Positions 31,503-41,447 are shown, counted from the first letter of the stretch. The stretch is DNA of 64,000 nt from an uncultured Gammaproteobacteria bacterium (GCA_964565345.1 CAZMEQ010000001.1:9838-73837); one strand, 5' to 3'. The notes: a model not told the origin generated them from the letters alone. Translations and numbers: made by a program.

Positions 31503-33941
31503 ATGAATATATCATTAAATTGGATCAAGCAATATGCCAATTTGCCCAAGGCTGTTAAACCAGAAGAACTGGGTTTGAAATTAACCATGGCCACAGTTGA
31601 AGTTGAGGGTGTAGAAAACAGGGCTGAAAGTTTAAATAATGTTGTTGTTGGTAAAATTACTAAATTACAAAAACATCCAGACGCGGATCGTTTAAGATTG
31701 GCTGAAGTCGATATTAGTAGCCGTAGGGTTAATGTCGTCTGTGGCGGTATTAACTTGGTTGAAGGCATGCTCGTTGCCTTAGCTTTGCCAGGAGCCAAGG
31801 TTCGTTGGCATGGCGCAGGTGAGCCAATTATTTTAGAAAAAGCGAAGGTTCGTGGCGTCGAAAGTGAAGGAATGATCTGCGCTAGCGATGAAATTGGCTT
31901 GGGTGGAATGTTCCCAGCTAAAGAAGTAGGCGAAATTGTTGATCTCTCCAGTTTAAAGTGTATGACCGGAGAAAATTTGGCGAACGCTCTACGTTTAGAT
32001 GATGCTATATACGAAATTGATAATAAGTCGGTTACCAATCGTCCGGACTTATGGGGGCATTATGGTATGGCTCGGGAAGTAGCGGCTATTTATGGTTTGG
32101 AATTTAAAAAATACCCAGCAAAAAAAATAGAGGCTGGAAAGGAACTAGATATAAAAGTTAAAGTTGAAAATAAAGAAGCTTGTCCGCGCTATATGGCGGT
32201 GGCAGTGGAGGGGATTAAAATCGGGCCTTCACCAGATTGGTTACAACAAAGATTATTGTCTATTGGCCAAAAGCCGATTAATAATGTTGTTGATGTTACC
32301 AATTACATCATGTACGACTTGGGACAACCACTGCATGCTTTTTCAGCCAAGCAGATTAAAGATAATAATATAATTGTTCGGTTAGCTAGAGAGGGTGAGA
32401 AGATTATTACGCTAGACGAAGTCGAGCGAACGTTATGCTCTGATGATTTAGTTATTGCGACACCAGAGAAAGCCGTTGCTTTGGCGGGTATTATGGGGAA
32501 TTTAAATTCGCAAATAGAAGATGGCTCGGACTGCATTATTTTAGAATCAGCGACCTTTAATCCAGTTACAATCAGACGCACCTCTAGCCGTTTAGGATTA
32601 CGAACAGAAGCCTCCGTCCGCTATGAAAAAAGTTTAGACCCCAATATCGCTGAGTTAGCCATTCAACGCGCGGTTGAATTAATTAAAGAAGCGATTCCTT
32701 CAGCTAAAGTTGCGAGTTCGGTTATTGATATTAATAATTACAAGTTTGAAATTAAGCCGATTTTAATAGATTTTGATTTTATAAATAAAAGGATTGGTGT
32801 TGATTTGGGAGCAGATTTGATTATAAGGATATTGACCAATTTGGGTTTTCAAATCAAGGCGACTAAGAAGGGGCTAAAGGTATCTGTTCCTTCTTGGCGC
32901 GCAACTAAGGACATTAATATAAAAGAAGATCTCATTGAAGAAATTACGCGTATTTATGGTTATGATAATTTGAGCCCCGAAATGCCGGCTGTTAAGAGTG
33001 AGTACAAAGAAACGAATCTTTTGCGTAACTTAGAGCGGCAGGTTAAAGATATTTTAGTGCTCAAGTTTTGCTCTAACGAAATTTATAATTATTCTTTTGT
33101 TGATAAAACTTGGTTGGCAAAAATTGGGTTTGCTTCAGATCATATTGAATTGCAAAATCCTTGGGCTGAAAACGTCAGTTGTATGCGTAAAAGTTTAATC
33201 CCTAACCTTTTGCAAAACGTAGTGGATAATTTGCGCTTTTATGACGACATAAATATTTTCGAAGTCGGTAAAACTTTTATTGAAAATCAAAGCGGCCCAC
33301 AAGCACGTTTTAACTCAGAGGTTAATTTGCCTGCACAAGATTCTATTGTTGGCGGCGCCTTGGGCGGAGAATCTTCGGAAAAAGTTTTTTTAAGGGCTAA
33401 GGGCAGGGTTGAGGCCTTGTTCGATAAAGCGCAATTGAAAGCCTCTTATGATACACAAAGTATGGTTTTGCCTTGGTGTCATCCAAAACAAACAATGCGT
33501 GTTTTGGTGGGCAAAGAAGTTTTGGGTTATTTGGCGGTTTTACATCCAGAAATAAGTCAAAAATTAGGGATCGCTCAGCCGATAGCTGTTTGGGAATTAA
33601 ATCTAAATTTGTTATTGAAATATTCTGAAGACAAAATTAAATATAAATCATTACCTAAATACCCTAGTGTGGAGTTAGATTTGTCTGTCATTGTAGGGGG
33701 ACAGACTGTTTGGCAGGATATTCAACAGTTAGTTAAAGCTGTTGATCCTAAAATAATCAAGAATGTTAGTTTGTTGGATGTGTTTAAAAATGATAAAATT
33801 GAAGTAGGGAAAAAGAGTATAACGTTCAGAATTACGTATCAGGTTGAAGATCGCACCTTAGAGATGGAAGAAGTTGCAACTGTGCAAAAAAAGATTATTG
33901 AACAGCTCGGTAAGGCAGTTAAGGCTGAAGTCCGTCAATAA
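31503..33941 (+). CDS. pheT: Phenylalanine-tRNA ligase beta subunit
   Basis: HPDADRL, NRPDL, DLIEEITRIYGY, C-terminal FDX-ACB domain. Confidence 0.97.
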   Translation: MNISLNWIKQYANLPKAVKPEELGLKLTMATVEVEGVENRAESLNNVVVGKITKLQKHPDADRLRLAEVDISSRRVNVVCGGINLVEGMLVALALPGAKVRWHGAGEPIILEKAKVRGVESEGMICASDEIGLGGMFPAKEVGEIVDLSSLKCMTGENLANALRLDDAIYEIDNKSVTNRPDLWGHYGMAREVAAIYGLEFKKYPAKKIEAGKELDIKVKVENKEACPRYMAVAVEGIKIGPSPDWLQQRLLSIGQKPINNVVDVTNYIMYDLGQPLHAFSAKQIKDNNIIVRLAREGEKIITLDEVERTLCSDDLVIATPEKAVALAGIMGNLNSQIEDGSDCIILESATFNPVTIRRTSSRLGLRTEASVRYEKSLDPNIAELAIQRAVELIKEAIPSAKVASSVIDINNYKFEIKPILIDFDFINKRIGVDLGADLIIRILTNLGFQIKATKKGLKVSVPSWRATKDINIKEDLIEEITRIYGYDNLSPEMPAVKSEYKETNLLRNLERQVKDILVLKFCSNEIYNYSFVDKTWLAKIGFASDHIELQNPWAENVSCMRKSLIPNLLQNVVDNLRFYDDINIFEVGKTFIENQSGPQARFNSEVNLPAQDSIVGGALGGESSEKVFLRAKGRVEALFDKAQLKASYDTQSMVLPWCHPKQTMRVLVGKEVLGYLAVLHPEISQKLGIAQPIAVWELNLNLLLKYSEDKIKYKSLPKYPSVELDLSVIVGGQTVWQDIQQLVKAVDPKIIKNVSLLDVFKNDKIEVGKKSITFRITYQVEDRTLEMEEVATVQKKIIEQLGKAVKAEVRQ

Positions 33942-33959
33942 ACAAAAACAAAAATAAAG

Positions 33960-34054
33960 TTACGAATATCTACACAAGAAGGATTTTCCGAATTATTTTG
34001 AAATTTGGTTGCCGACCAATAATTCGAAACATCGGTGTAAGTATGTATTCGTAA
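33960..34054. repeat. Long imperfect intergenic palindrome
   Basis: TTACGAATA/TATTCGTAA, TACAC/GTGTA, CGAATTA/TAATTCG nested arms. Confidence 0.55.
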
Positions 34055-34060
34055 AAAAGT

Positions 34061-34327
34061 ATGATAGAAAACACCAAGGACATCTTTTATATTGTTTTAT
34101 CTTTTTGTGTTTTTTGGTTGACTGTTTTTTTGTGCTGGGGTTTGTATTACATGATACAAACGTTTAAGCAAACGAATGAGATCTTGGTAAATTTCAGGTC
34201 TCGTTTAGAAAGTATTTCTAAGCTGGTGGAATTTTTAAAAGGCAAGGCGGTTGGTTTTGTAGCTAAAAAGGCGGTTGATTTCATGTCTGACCGAAGACAA
34301 AAACCTAAAAACAAAAAAAAGGAATAA
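34061..34327 (+). CDS. Small single-TM hypothetical protein
   Basis: 88-aa ORF, TM helix, coupled to the downstream ATPase. Confidence 0.7.
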   Translation: MIENTKDIFYIVLSFCVFWLTVFLCWGLYYMIQTFKQTNEILVNFRSRLESISKLVEFLKGKAVGFVAKKAVDFMSDRRQKPKNKKKE

Positions 34328-34328
34328 T

Positions 34329-36899
34329 ATGCCAGTAGTAGAATTAGATCTCGCGGCTGGGAGTTCAATAGTTAATAACCCACTAATTATTAGCGGATTA
34401 GGAATTGCGTTCCTGGTCTTTTTATTTGTCCTGATGGTGTTTGTGTTGCGTTATTTTTCTTTGAATAAGGGACGTGTTTCGGTTGCTTTCCAAAAAAAGA
34501 TTATTATGGTGACTTTGCCCAAGGCTGCACCTAAAGACGGCGGTGGAACCGAACCGCCGGCTTGGCAGCAGGTCCAGGAAAAAATTGCGGTCATGGAAAC
34601 TTTGTTTTCGACTATCGCGGGCCTAAAGGCAGAGAAGGGGATAAAAACATGGTTTTTTGGCCATCGCGATGTTTTTTCTTTGGAAATAGTGGCGGATAGG
34701 GAGGGCAAAATTAATTTTTTTATCGCTATCCCAGCGCATTTCCAACAGTATGTCGAAGAACAGCTACAAGCCCAATTCCCGCAGGCATTTTTGGAGGAAA
34801 TTCCTGATTATAATATTTTTTCCCCAACGGCAGTTATTGCAGGTAAGATGTTAACTTTTAAGCGAGAATATATTTTTCCGATAAAAACTTTTAAAAAATT
34901 TGATTCTGATCCATTAAATGGAATTACCAATGCACTAAGTAAAATTGAAAAAGGCGATGGAGCGGCTATCCAGATAGTGATAAAATCAGCACCAGGAAGG
35001 TGGCATAATTTGGGCATTAAATTGGCCTCTAAAATGCAACAGGGCAAAAAGCTCGAAGAAGCTATGGATGAAGTTACGGGCGGTTTTTTTCATTTCATAG
35101 GGGGATTTATAAAAGCAGCTAAACCTAAGTCGGAAAGTGTCCAAGCCGAACAATATCGACTTTCTCCCATGGAAGAAGAAGTCGTCAAAGGGCTTGAAGA
35201 AAAATCAAGTAAGGCCGGAGTAGATGCCAATATTAGAATAATAGTTGCTTGCGAACGTGCGGAAAAAGCAAAAATGCATTTAGATAGTTTGATCAATGCC
35301 TTTTCCCAGTATAGCATCTATCAGTTTGGTAATGGCTTTTCACCAGCCGAGCCAGCCTTAAAGAGGGTAGTAACTGATTTTATATACCGTAATTATGATA
35401 GTAAAAGAAGTATGGTTTTTAATACAGAAGAATTAGCTAGTTTATATCATTTTCCAATTCCGTTAGTAAACGAAACCCCGACCATCCGTTGGTTAGATGC
35501 TAAAAAGGCTCCAGCGCCGCTTAATATGCCGAACGAAGGCATAATTTTGGGCAAGAATTTATATCGTGGTCGCGAAACAATGGTGCGTGTTAAACGTGAA
35601 GATCGACGTCGTCACCAATATATTATTGGTATGACTGGTACTGGTAAATCTTGGTATCAAGAAGGTCTTATCATGCAAGACATTGCTAATGGTGAGGGGT
35701 GCTGTTTTATTGACCCACATGGAGATGCTATTCAACATATTTTAGAGCATATCCCGCCTGAACGTGCTGAAGATGTTGTCATTTTAGATCCTAGTGATGT
35801 CCGCCGCCCTATTGGTTTAAATCTTTTAGAATATAAAACGCAAGAAGAAAAGACTTTTGCTATTAACGAAATCATGGCTATTTTCGATAAGTTATATGAC
35901 TTAAAGGCCACTGGTGGTCCAATGTTTGAACAATATTTTAAGAATGCCGCTGCCTTGATCATGGCCGATCCTGCCTCTGGCTCAACGATGTTGGAAATAT
36001 CGCGTGTGCTAGCGGATGATGATTTTAGAAAATATAAACTATCTGTCTGCAAAGATCAATTGGTAAAAGATTTTTGGGAAAAGGAAGCTCTAAAAGCTGG
36101 GGGAGAGGCATCTTTGCAAAATATGGTGCCTTATATTACCAGTAAGATGTCACCGTTCATATCGAACGATTTTGTTCGACCTATCATTTCTCAGCAAAAT
36201 AGCACGATTGATTTTGCTGATATTATGAATACACAGAAAATTTTGTTGGTTCAGTTGTCCAAAGGTAAAATTGGTAACATTAATGCTAATTTGTTGGGTA
36301 TGTTGATAATCGGTAAATTGCTTATGGCCGCACTAGGCCGATCAGATATGGCTGAAGATGATCGAAAGGATTTTTATCTTTATGTTGATGAATTCCAGAA
36401 CTTTTTGACAGATAGTATGGAAATTATTCTTTCTGAAGCGCGAAAGTACAGATTGTGTTTAACTATAGGTCACCAGTATATTGGGCAATTAATTAAGGGT
36501 GGGGATACAAAGTTTAAAGATGCTATTTTTGGTAACGTGGGGACTAAGGTTGCTTTTCGTATTGGTGTTGATGATGCCGAAGCATTAACAAAGGAGTTTG
36601 CTCCAATTTTTAATGAGTATGATTTTTTGAATGTCCCTAAATATAACTGTTATATTAAATTACTCGTTGATAATGCTAACCCTCCTGGTTTTAACATGGC
36701 TACAATCCCTTTTGACAAAATTCCTGGTGTTCCAGCAGCAAATAAAGAATTGTGCGATGCTATCCGTGAGTTATCCCGCTTGAAATATGGTAAAGATCCA
36801 GATATAATTGATATGGAAATAAAAGAAAGACAGCAAAAAGTTTTTAAAAAAGAAGTACCACCGCTACCTAAACCGCCTCTAGGCCCCTCTGGGATTTAA
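34329..36899 (+). CDS. VirD4/TraG/HerA-like coupling ATPase with N-terminal TM helix
   Basis: Walker A GMTGTGKS, FIDPHGD, Walker B LYVDEFQN, EARKYRL...HQY, FGNVGT...FRIG. Confidence 0.88.
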   Translation: MPVVELDLAAGSSIVNNPLIISGLGIAFLVFLFVLMVFVLRYFSLNKGRVSVAFQKKIIMVTLPKAAPKDGGGTEPPAWQQVQEKIAVMETLFSTIAGLKAEKGIKTWFFGHRDVFSLEIVADREGKINFFIAIPAHFQQYVEEQLQAQFPQAFLEEIPDYNIFSPTAVIAGKMLTFKREYIFPIKTFKKFDSDPLNGITNALSKIEKGDGAAIQIVIKSAPGRWHNLGIKLASKMQQGKKLEEAMDEVTGGFFHFIGGFIKAAKPKSESVQAEQYRLSPMEEEVVKGLEEKSSKAGVDANIRIIVACERAEKAKMHLDSLINAFSQYSIYQFGNGFSPAEPALKRVVTDFIYRNYDSKRSMVFNTEELASLYHFPIPLVNETPTIRWLDAKKAPAPLNMPNEGIILGKNLYRGRETMVRVKREDRRRHQYIIGMTGTGKSWYQEGLIMQDIANGEGCCFIDPHGDAIQHILEHIPPERAEDVVILDPSDVRRPIGLNLLEYKTQEEKTFAINEIMAIFDKLYDLKATGGPMFEQYFKNAAALIMADPASGSTMLEISRVLADDDFRKYKLSVCKDQLVKDFWEKEALKAGGEASLQNMVPYITSKMSPFISNDFVRPIISQQNSTIDFADIMNTQKILLVQLSKGKIGNINANLLGMLIIGKLLMAALGRSDMAEDDRKDFYLYVDEFQNFLTDSMEIILSEARKYRLCLTIGHQYIGQLIKGGDTKFKDAIFGNVGTKVAFRIGVDDAEALTKEFAPIFNEYDFLNVPKYNCYIKLLVDNANPPGFNMATIPFDKIPGVPAANKELCDAIRELSRLKYGKDPDIIDMEIKERQQKVFKKEVPPLPKPPLGPSGI

Positions 36900-36924
36900 A
36901 GTAATACAAAAATAAAAATAAAAT

Positions 36925-37539
36925 ATGATGAGTTTTTTTCGTAAGAAAAAAGAAAATATTCCTACAAATAATAGTGTTCCCCCAGATGTTCCGCTCACAC
37001 AAAGGGAAATGATTCAGACGATAACACGCATGCAGCGTGAATTGGATCGTTTAAAGTCTGTTATTACAAATGGGAAAATGGAAGCTGCCGCAGAACCAAA
37101 TAAAGTGCTCGAAGAAGCTTTATTAGCTATTCAAAATAAAGAGGATGCTGTCCAAAACAGTGAAACCGAAAAAGTTGTAGAGGGTGTTTTTGATGGAGAG
37201 AGCATGGTGGGGGCTGATGGCCAACGTTATGACATTCCTGCTAACTATGCTTCCAAATCAAAGTTAGTTGAGGGGGACATCCTTAAGCTGACTATTAATA
37301 ACCTAGGATCATTTATTTATAAACAGATAAAACCTATTGATCGAGCCCGCATGGTTGGAGTTTTGGAGCAAGATGAGCGTAATTTACAATATTATGTTGT
37401 TTGTGATGATAAAAAATGGAAATTGTTAACTGCCAGTGTTACTTATTATAAAGGTGAACCAGGAGATGAAGTCGTTTTCTTAATTCCGGCTGAAGGTGGC
37501 AGTCGTTCCGCGGCGGTTGAAAATATTATTAAAAGTTAG
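36925..37539 (+). CDS. Hypothetical protein of a family typical of CPR genomes
   Basis: EGVFDGESMVG...PANYASKSKLVEGD motif. Confidence 0.7.
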   Translation: MMSFFRKKKENIPTNNSVPPDVPLTQREMIQTITRMQRELDRLKSVITNGKMEAAAEPNKVLEEALLAIQNKEDAVQNSETEKVVEGVFDGESMVGADGQRYDIPANYASKSKLVEGDILKLTINNLGSFIYKQIKPIDRARMVGVLEQDERNLQYYVVCDDKKWKLLTASVTYYKGEPGDEVVFLIPAEGGSRSAAVENIIKS

Positions 37540-37542
37540 AGT

Positions 37543-37576
37543 AAAAAAAACGGGACCTCGCTGTGAGCGGGGTCCC
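37543..37576 (-). terminator. Intrinsic (bidirectional) terminator of cassette 4
   Basis: Minus strand GGGACCCCGCT-cac-AGCGAGGTCCC-G-T8. Confidence 0.8.
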
Positions 37577-37584
37577 TTTGTTGT

Positions 37585-38460
37585 CTAGTCGAACGGAACA
37601 CCTAAGATTCGGTTGCTGTCGTTGTCCGGTCTGGCCGATGCCGCCGTGTGAACGGCAAAGCCTTGCAGTACTTTCCGGCATTCGCAAGGAGGAAGCTTGT
37701 CCATGACGCAAAGAACTTGAGCGACCATGTTGTCGGTGAAGGAACCGAAGTTGGCCAACCCAGATTTGACTTCGTCGGCCGTGACAGCTTCGCCATCGCG
37801 CCAGGCATCATAATCCGAGGGCATGGCTACCACGGCATAGCTGATACCGGCTTCGCGTGCGAGAGCAGCCTCGGGTAGGGCGGTCATGCCAATTACGGTA
37901 GCGTCTGGAACAGTGTTACGGAAGAAGTGTGATTCGGCTGCGGTGGAGAACTGTGGCCCTTCGATGACCACATAGGTCCCCTTGGTGTGGACTTGCTTGG
38001 GGGCGCAACGCCGCGCACATTCGATGAGCGTTTCGCGCCACGGGGTGCAGAAGGGTTCACCCATTGGTACGTGCACGGCTAGTCCTGTGTCGAAGAAGGT
38101 TCGTGCGCGTAGCCCCTTGGTGAAGTCGAAGAGTTGGTCGGGGATGACGATGTCTTCACCAGGTGCAATGTAGGCTTGAAGGCTACCGACTGCGCTGAAG
38201 GCTAGGATGTGTGTGACACCCAAACTCTTCAGCGCGTAGATGTTGGCTCGATAGTTGACCTGTGATGGTGCGTACTCGTGTGCTTGTCCATGTCGTGGCA
38301 ACAAGACAACTTCGTGGCCAGTACTGAGTCTGGCAACAATCGGATTGGCCGAGGTGAGGCCAAAAGGAGTCATGCGAGGGAATACTTGCGTTTGATCGGC
38401 CGGGAGTTCGAGCAGCGCAGTGCCACCCAGGATTCCCAGTTTGGGTGTTACAGAAGTCAT
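37585..38460 (-). CDS. mtnP: High-GC cassette 4: MTAP-family purine nucleoside phosphorylase (5'-methylthioadenosine phosphorylase-like)
   Basis: LPRHG, VNYRANIYALK, SAVGSL, EGPQFSTAAES, IGMT..PEA.LARE, DYDAW; SD GAGGT before ATG 38460. Confidence 0.88.
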   Translation of the reverse strand: MTSVTPKLGILGGTALLELPADQTQVFPRMTPFGLTSANPIVARLSTGHEVVLLPRHGQAHEYAPSQVNYRANIYALKSLGVTHILAFSAVGSLQAYIAPGEDIVIPDQLFDFTKGLRARTFFDTGLAVHVPMGEPFCTPWRETLIECARRCAPKQVHTKGTYVVIEGPQFSTAAESHFFRNTVPDATVIGMTALPEAALAREAGISYAVVAMPSDYDAWRDGEAVTADEVKSGLANFGSFTDNMVAQVLCVMDKLPPCECRKVLQGFAVHTAASARPDNDSNRILGVPFD

Positions 38461-38507
38461 GCCGGACCTCATTGTTGAAGGGCAAAACAGGCTTTGAGCC
38501 AAGTATA

Positions 38508-38536
38508 ATTTTAGCTTAAATTAGTAGAAAATGCAA
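38508..38536 (-). promoter_or_regulatory. sigma70 promoter of GC cassette 4
   Basis: TTGCAT-N17-TAAAAT on the minus strand. Confidence 0.65.
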
Positions 38537-38589
38537 AAAATTATCTGGGTTGAAAAGAGAGTCTTTTTCTGGTAAAATAATGACACACT

Positions 38590-40182
38590 ATGTCAGTCGC
38601 CTTATATCGAAAATATAGACCGAAAAATTTTTCTGATGTTACCAATCAGAACCATATTAAAATTACCTTGCAACACGAAATTGAAAATGATCATTTGGGG
38701 CATGCGTATTTATTTTGTGGACCGCGTGGTACCGGAAAGACTACTATTGCACGTTTGTTGGCCAAGGCCGTTAATTGTGTAGATTTAAAACCCAATGCTG
38801 AACCTTGTAATGTCTGTGCTAGCTGTGTCGAAATAATGGAAAATCGTTCTTTAGATATAATGGAGGTAGATGCTGCTTCGCACACTGGAGTAGACAATGT
38901 TCGAGAAAATATTATCAACAACGCTCGTTTTACTCCAACCAAGAGTAAGTATAAAGTTTTTATTATTGATGAAGTTCACATGCTTTCCATTTCGGCTTTT
39001 AATGCTTTGCTTAAGGTTTTAGAGGAGCCGCCTAAACATGTAATTTTTATTTTAGCCACTACCGAAGCACATAAAGTTCCGGCTACCATAATTTCACGCT
39101 GCCAACGTTTCGATTTTAAAAAGATATTTGCTAAGGACTTGGTGTCTCGTTTAGGGTGGATTGTTCAACAAGAAAAAATGCAAGTTGATGAGAGCGTATT
39201 AAAAAGTATTGCCAAACAAGCGGGCGGATGTGTTCGTGATGCAGAAAGTTTATTAGAACAAGTTCTATCTTTGGGTGGAGAAAAAATCACCGAGGAACAA
39301 GCGTCATTAATTCTGCCACGCTCTAACCAAAATTTATTTTTAGATCTTTTTAAAATAATACTAAACAAACAAAAAGCCGAAGGCTTGATTTTGATAAATC
39401 GTTTGGTTGATGATGGTGTTGATTTAAATCAATTTATTGATTCTTTCGTTGAATTTTTGCGTCAATTATTAATTTACCGGGTTACCAATAACCCCCATGA
39501 TTTAGCTCGAGACTTGGATGATTCTTTGGTCACAGAGTGCATTGAATTGTTAAAAAACGTAGACGAAGCTAGGCTTATTGGCATGATTAGTAAATTTTTA
39601 GAAAATAAAGATTTGTTTAAACAAAACTATTTGACGCAGTTGTCATTAGAAGTGTCGGTGATAGAGTTGTGCGATATTAATAATGTTTATCAAGCTAGAC
39701 CGAAGATAGAAGTAAAAACTGAACCAAAGGTTGAAATAGTCCCTGCGAAGACTCAGATATCTGAGGAGTCAGTCGCCCCAAAACCAGTTGTTGATGCTGG
39801 GGATTTAGACAGCTTTATGTTGCATTGGCCTAAAGTTTTAAATGATGTTAAGGCTCAGCATTATTCCTTGTTTATGTCCTTGCATATGAGTAAACCATTA
39901 AGCTTTATCGAAGATAAGTTGGTGCTTGGTTTTTTATTTGAATTACAACGTTCTAGGGTTGACGATTTGAAAGCAAAGAATATAATTAAGGAAGCTTTAT
40001 TTAAAGTTTTTGGGCGCAAGATAGAAATAGAGACATTCATAGATCAAAATTTGTCTTTGGCTGATTTGCCCAAAAACAATAACATTGAATCGGCAATAGA
40101 GGTGCCACTCGCGCCGGTTTCTCCGGAAGATTCTGCAGCCGAGGATTTGGCGGGCGCTTTTGGCGGCCAAATTGTTAGTTAA
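38590..40182 (+). CDS. dnaX: DNA polymerase III gamma/tau subunit
   Basis: LYRKYRP, GPRGTGKTT, IIDEVHML, SRCQRF. Confidence 0.97.
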   Translation: MSVALYRKYRPKNFSDVTNQNHIKITLQHEIENDHLGHAYLFCGPRGTGKTTIARLLAKAVNCVDLKPNAEPCNVCASCVEIMENRSLDIMEVDAASHTGVDNVRENIINNARFTPTKSKYKVFIIDEVHMLSISAFNALLKVLEEPPKHVIFILATTEAHKVPATIISRCQRFDFKKIFAKDLVSRLGWIVQQEKMQVDESVLKSIAKQAGGCVRDAESLLEQVLSLGGEKITEEQASLILPRSNQNLFLDLFKIILNKQKAEGLILINRLVDDGVDLNQFIDSFVEFLRQLLIYRVTNNPHDLARDLDDSLVTECIELLKNVDEARLIGMISKFLENKDLFKQNYLTQLSLEVSVIELCDINNVYQARPKIEVKTEPKVEIVPAKTQISEESVAPKPVVDAGDLDSFMLHWPKVLNDVKAQHYSLFMSLHMSKPLSFIEDKLVLGFLFELQRSRVDDLKAKNIIKEALFKVFGRKIEIETFIDQNLSLADLPKNNNIESAIEVPLAPVSPEDSAAEDLAGAFGGQIVS

Positions 40183-40194
40183 AAACCGCATTGT

Positions 40195-40443
40195 TCGGGG
40201 ATCATCCCCGTACTATACACCTGCGGTGTAAGTACGGGGCAGGCTAATGGTAGTTCCTTGCCCCGCACATTTTACAATTTAGTTTTATTGCTCGGGGATC
40301 GTCTAATGGTAGGACAGCAGGTTCTGGCCCTGCTAATCTTGGTTCGATTCCAGGTCCCCGAGCCATAAAACTAAGCTTCGTAAGAAATGTAAAATGGTGC
40401 GGGGGTGGACCTGCTTATCTTGGTTCGAATCCAGGTCCCCGAG
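40195..40443 (+). pseudogene. Disrupted outer tRNA-Gln split by insertions, one of which contains the intact tRNA
   Basis: 5' part TCGGGGATCATC (40195-40206) plus TAATGGTAG (40245-40253); 3' part TGGACCTGCTTATCTTGGTTCGAATCCAGGTCCCCGAG (40406-40443). Confidence 0.7.
40292..40365 (+). tRNA. tRNA-Gln(CUG)
   Basis: Cloverleaf: TCGGGGA/TCCCCGA acceptor stem, GCAGG-TT-CTG-GC-CCTGC anticodon arm, TTCGATT T-loop, encoded CCA. Confidence 0.95.
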
Positions 40444-40542
40444 CTGTGCGGTTTTTGTATTTATAGCAACAGGCAATATTTTTTGCATAAAAATGATATT
40501 TCGCATATAGCGTAAAACTTTGATTAAGGGTAGAATAAAGAT

Positions 40543-41442
40543 ATGAATATATCATCAAAGCTCGAAAATTTTCATACATATTTTAGAAGCCAGGCTAAGA
40601 ATAAACATGAGGCGATTAGTCCTACGGCTTGGTTAGTGGCATATCGGAGGGCTTTTTCAGATATTCCTTATGCGAAGGCAATATCTAAGGGGATCGAGAA
40701 GTATCGACTTAATTTAAAAATGCCGGAATTACCTGATGAATATAAGTTTTTAGCCACAATCCCATTGTTTGAAGCACGCCATAAGCTTGTTCACGGTATT
40801 GCTAAAAGCTTAAAGTGTGATCAAATTCTGGATATTGCGGCAGGTCTTAGCCCTCATGGATTAGAGTTGACCAAGGCAAAGACAATAAATTACGTAGAGT
40901 TTGATCTGCCCGAAATGATAGCAGAAAAGAAAAAAATAGTTGGTTGGATTTTAAAAAAGAATAAAGCAAAAAGAGAAAACCTACATTTCGTTTCTGGAAA
41001 TGGCCTTATCTACGCTGATTTAGAAAAGGCATTAAAATATTTTAATAAGCATAAACCAATAACAGTCATAACGGAGGGACTGTTACGTTATTTTGATGAA
41101 GAGGAAAAAAAACAAATTTCCAAAAATATTTATAAGATTTTAACTCAGTACGGTGGCTATTGGGTAACTCCAGATATTATATACAAAAGAAAGTTAAATA
41201 AAGAAGCACAAGAAAATAGTAGGAGAGTGGCTGAAATGACTGGGGTCGATATTGAAAATAATAAATTTGAAAGTGTCGCACAGGCAAAAAGTTTTTTTAA
41301 ATCATTAGGTTATATAATAAAAACGTTTAAATTTGTTGATGTTTTAAGTCAACTTGTTTCACACAAAAAAATATCCTTGACTCTAAAAGAGGCAAAAAGA
41401 GTTATAAAACATAGAGTCGTTTTTGTCATGAAAATAAAATAA
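40543..41442 (+). CDS. Class I SAM-dependent methyltransferase (LCM-like)
   Basis: LDIAAGLS, VEFDLP, ITEGLLRYF. Confidence 0.85.
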   Translation: MNISSKLENFHTYFRSQAKNKHEAISPTAWLVAYRRAFSDIPYAKAISKGIEKYRLNLKMPELPDEYKFLATIPLFEARHKLVHGIAKSLKCDQILDIAAGLSPHGLELTKAKTINYVEFDLPEMIAEKKKIVGWILKKNKAKRENLHFVSGNGLIYADLEKALKYFNKHKPITVITEGLLRYFDEEEKKQISKNIYKILTQYGGYWVTPDIIYKRKLNKEAQENSRRVAEMTGVDIENNKFESVAQAKSFFKSLGYIIKTFKFVDVLSQLVSHKKISLTLKEAKRVIKHRVVFVMKIK

Positions 41443-41447
41443 TAGTT

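Noticed and set aside
40406-40443. Duplicated tRNA 3' end as the att site of a prophage or island
   Set aside because: Only about 40 bp separate it from the intact tRNA, the 5' part is duplicated too, and no integrase follows
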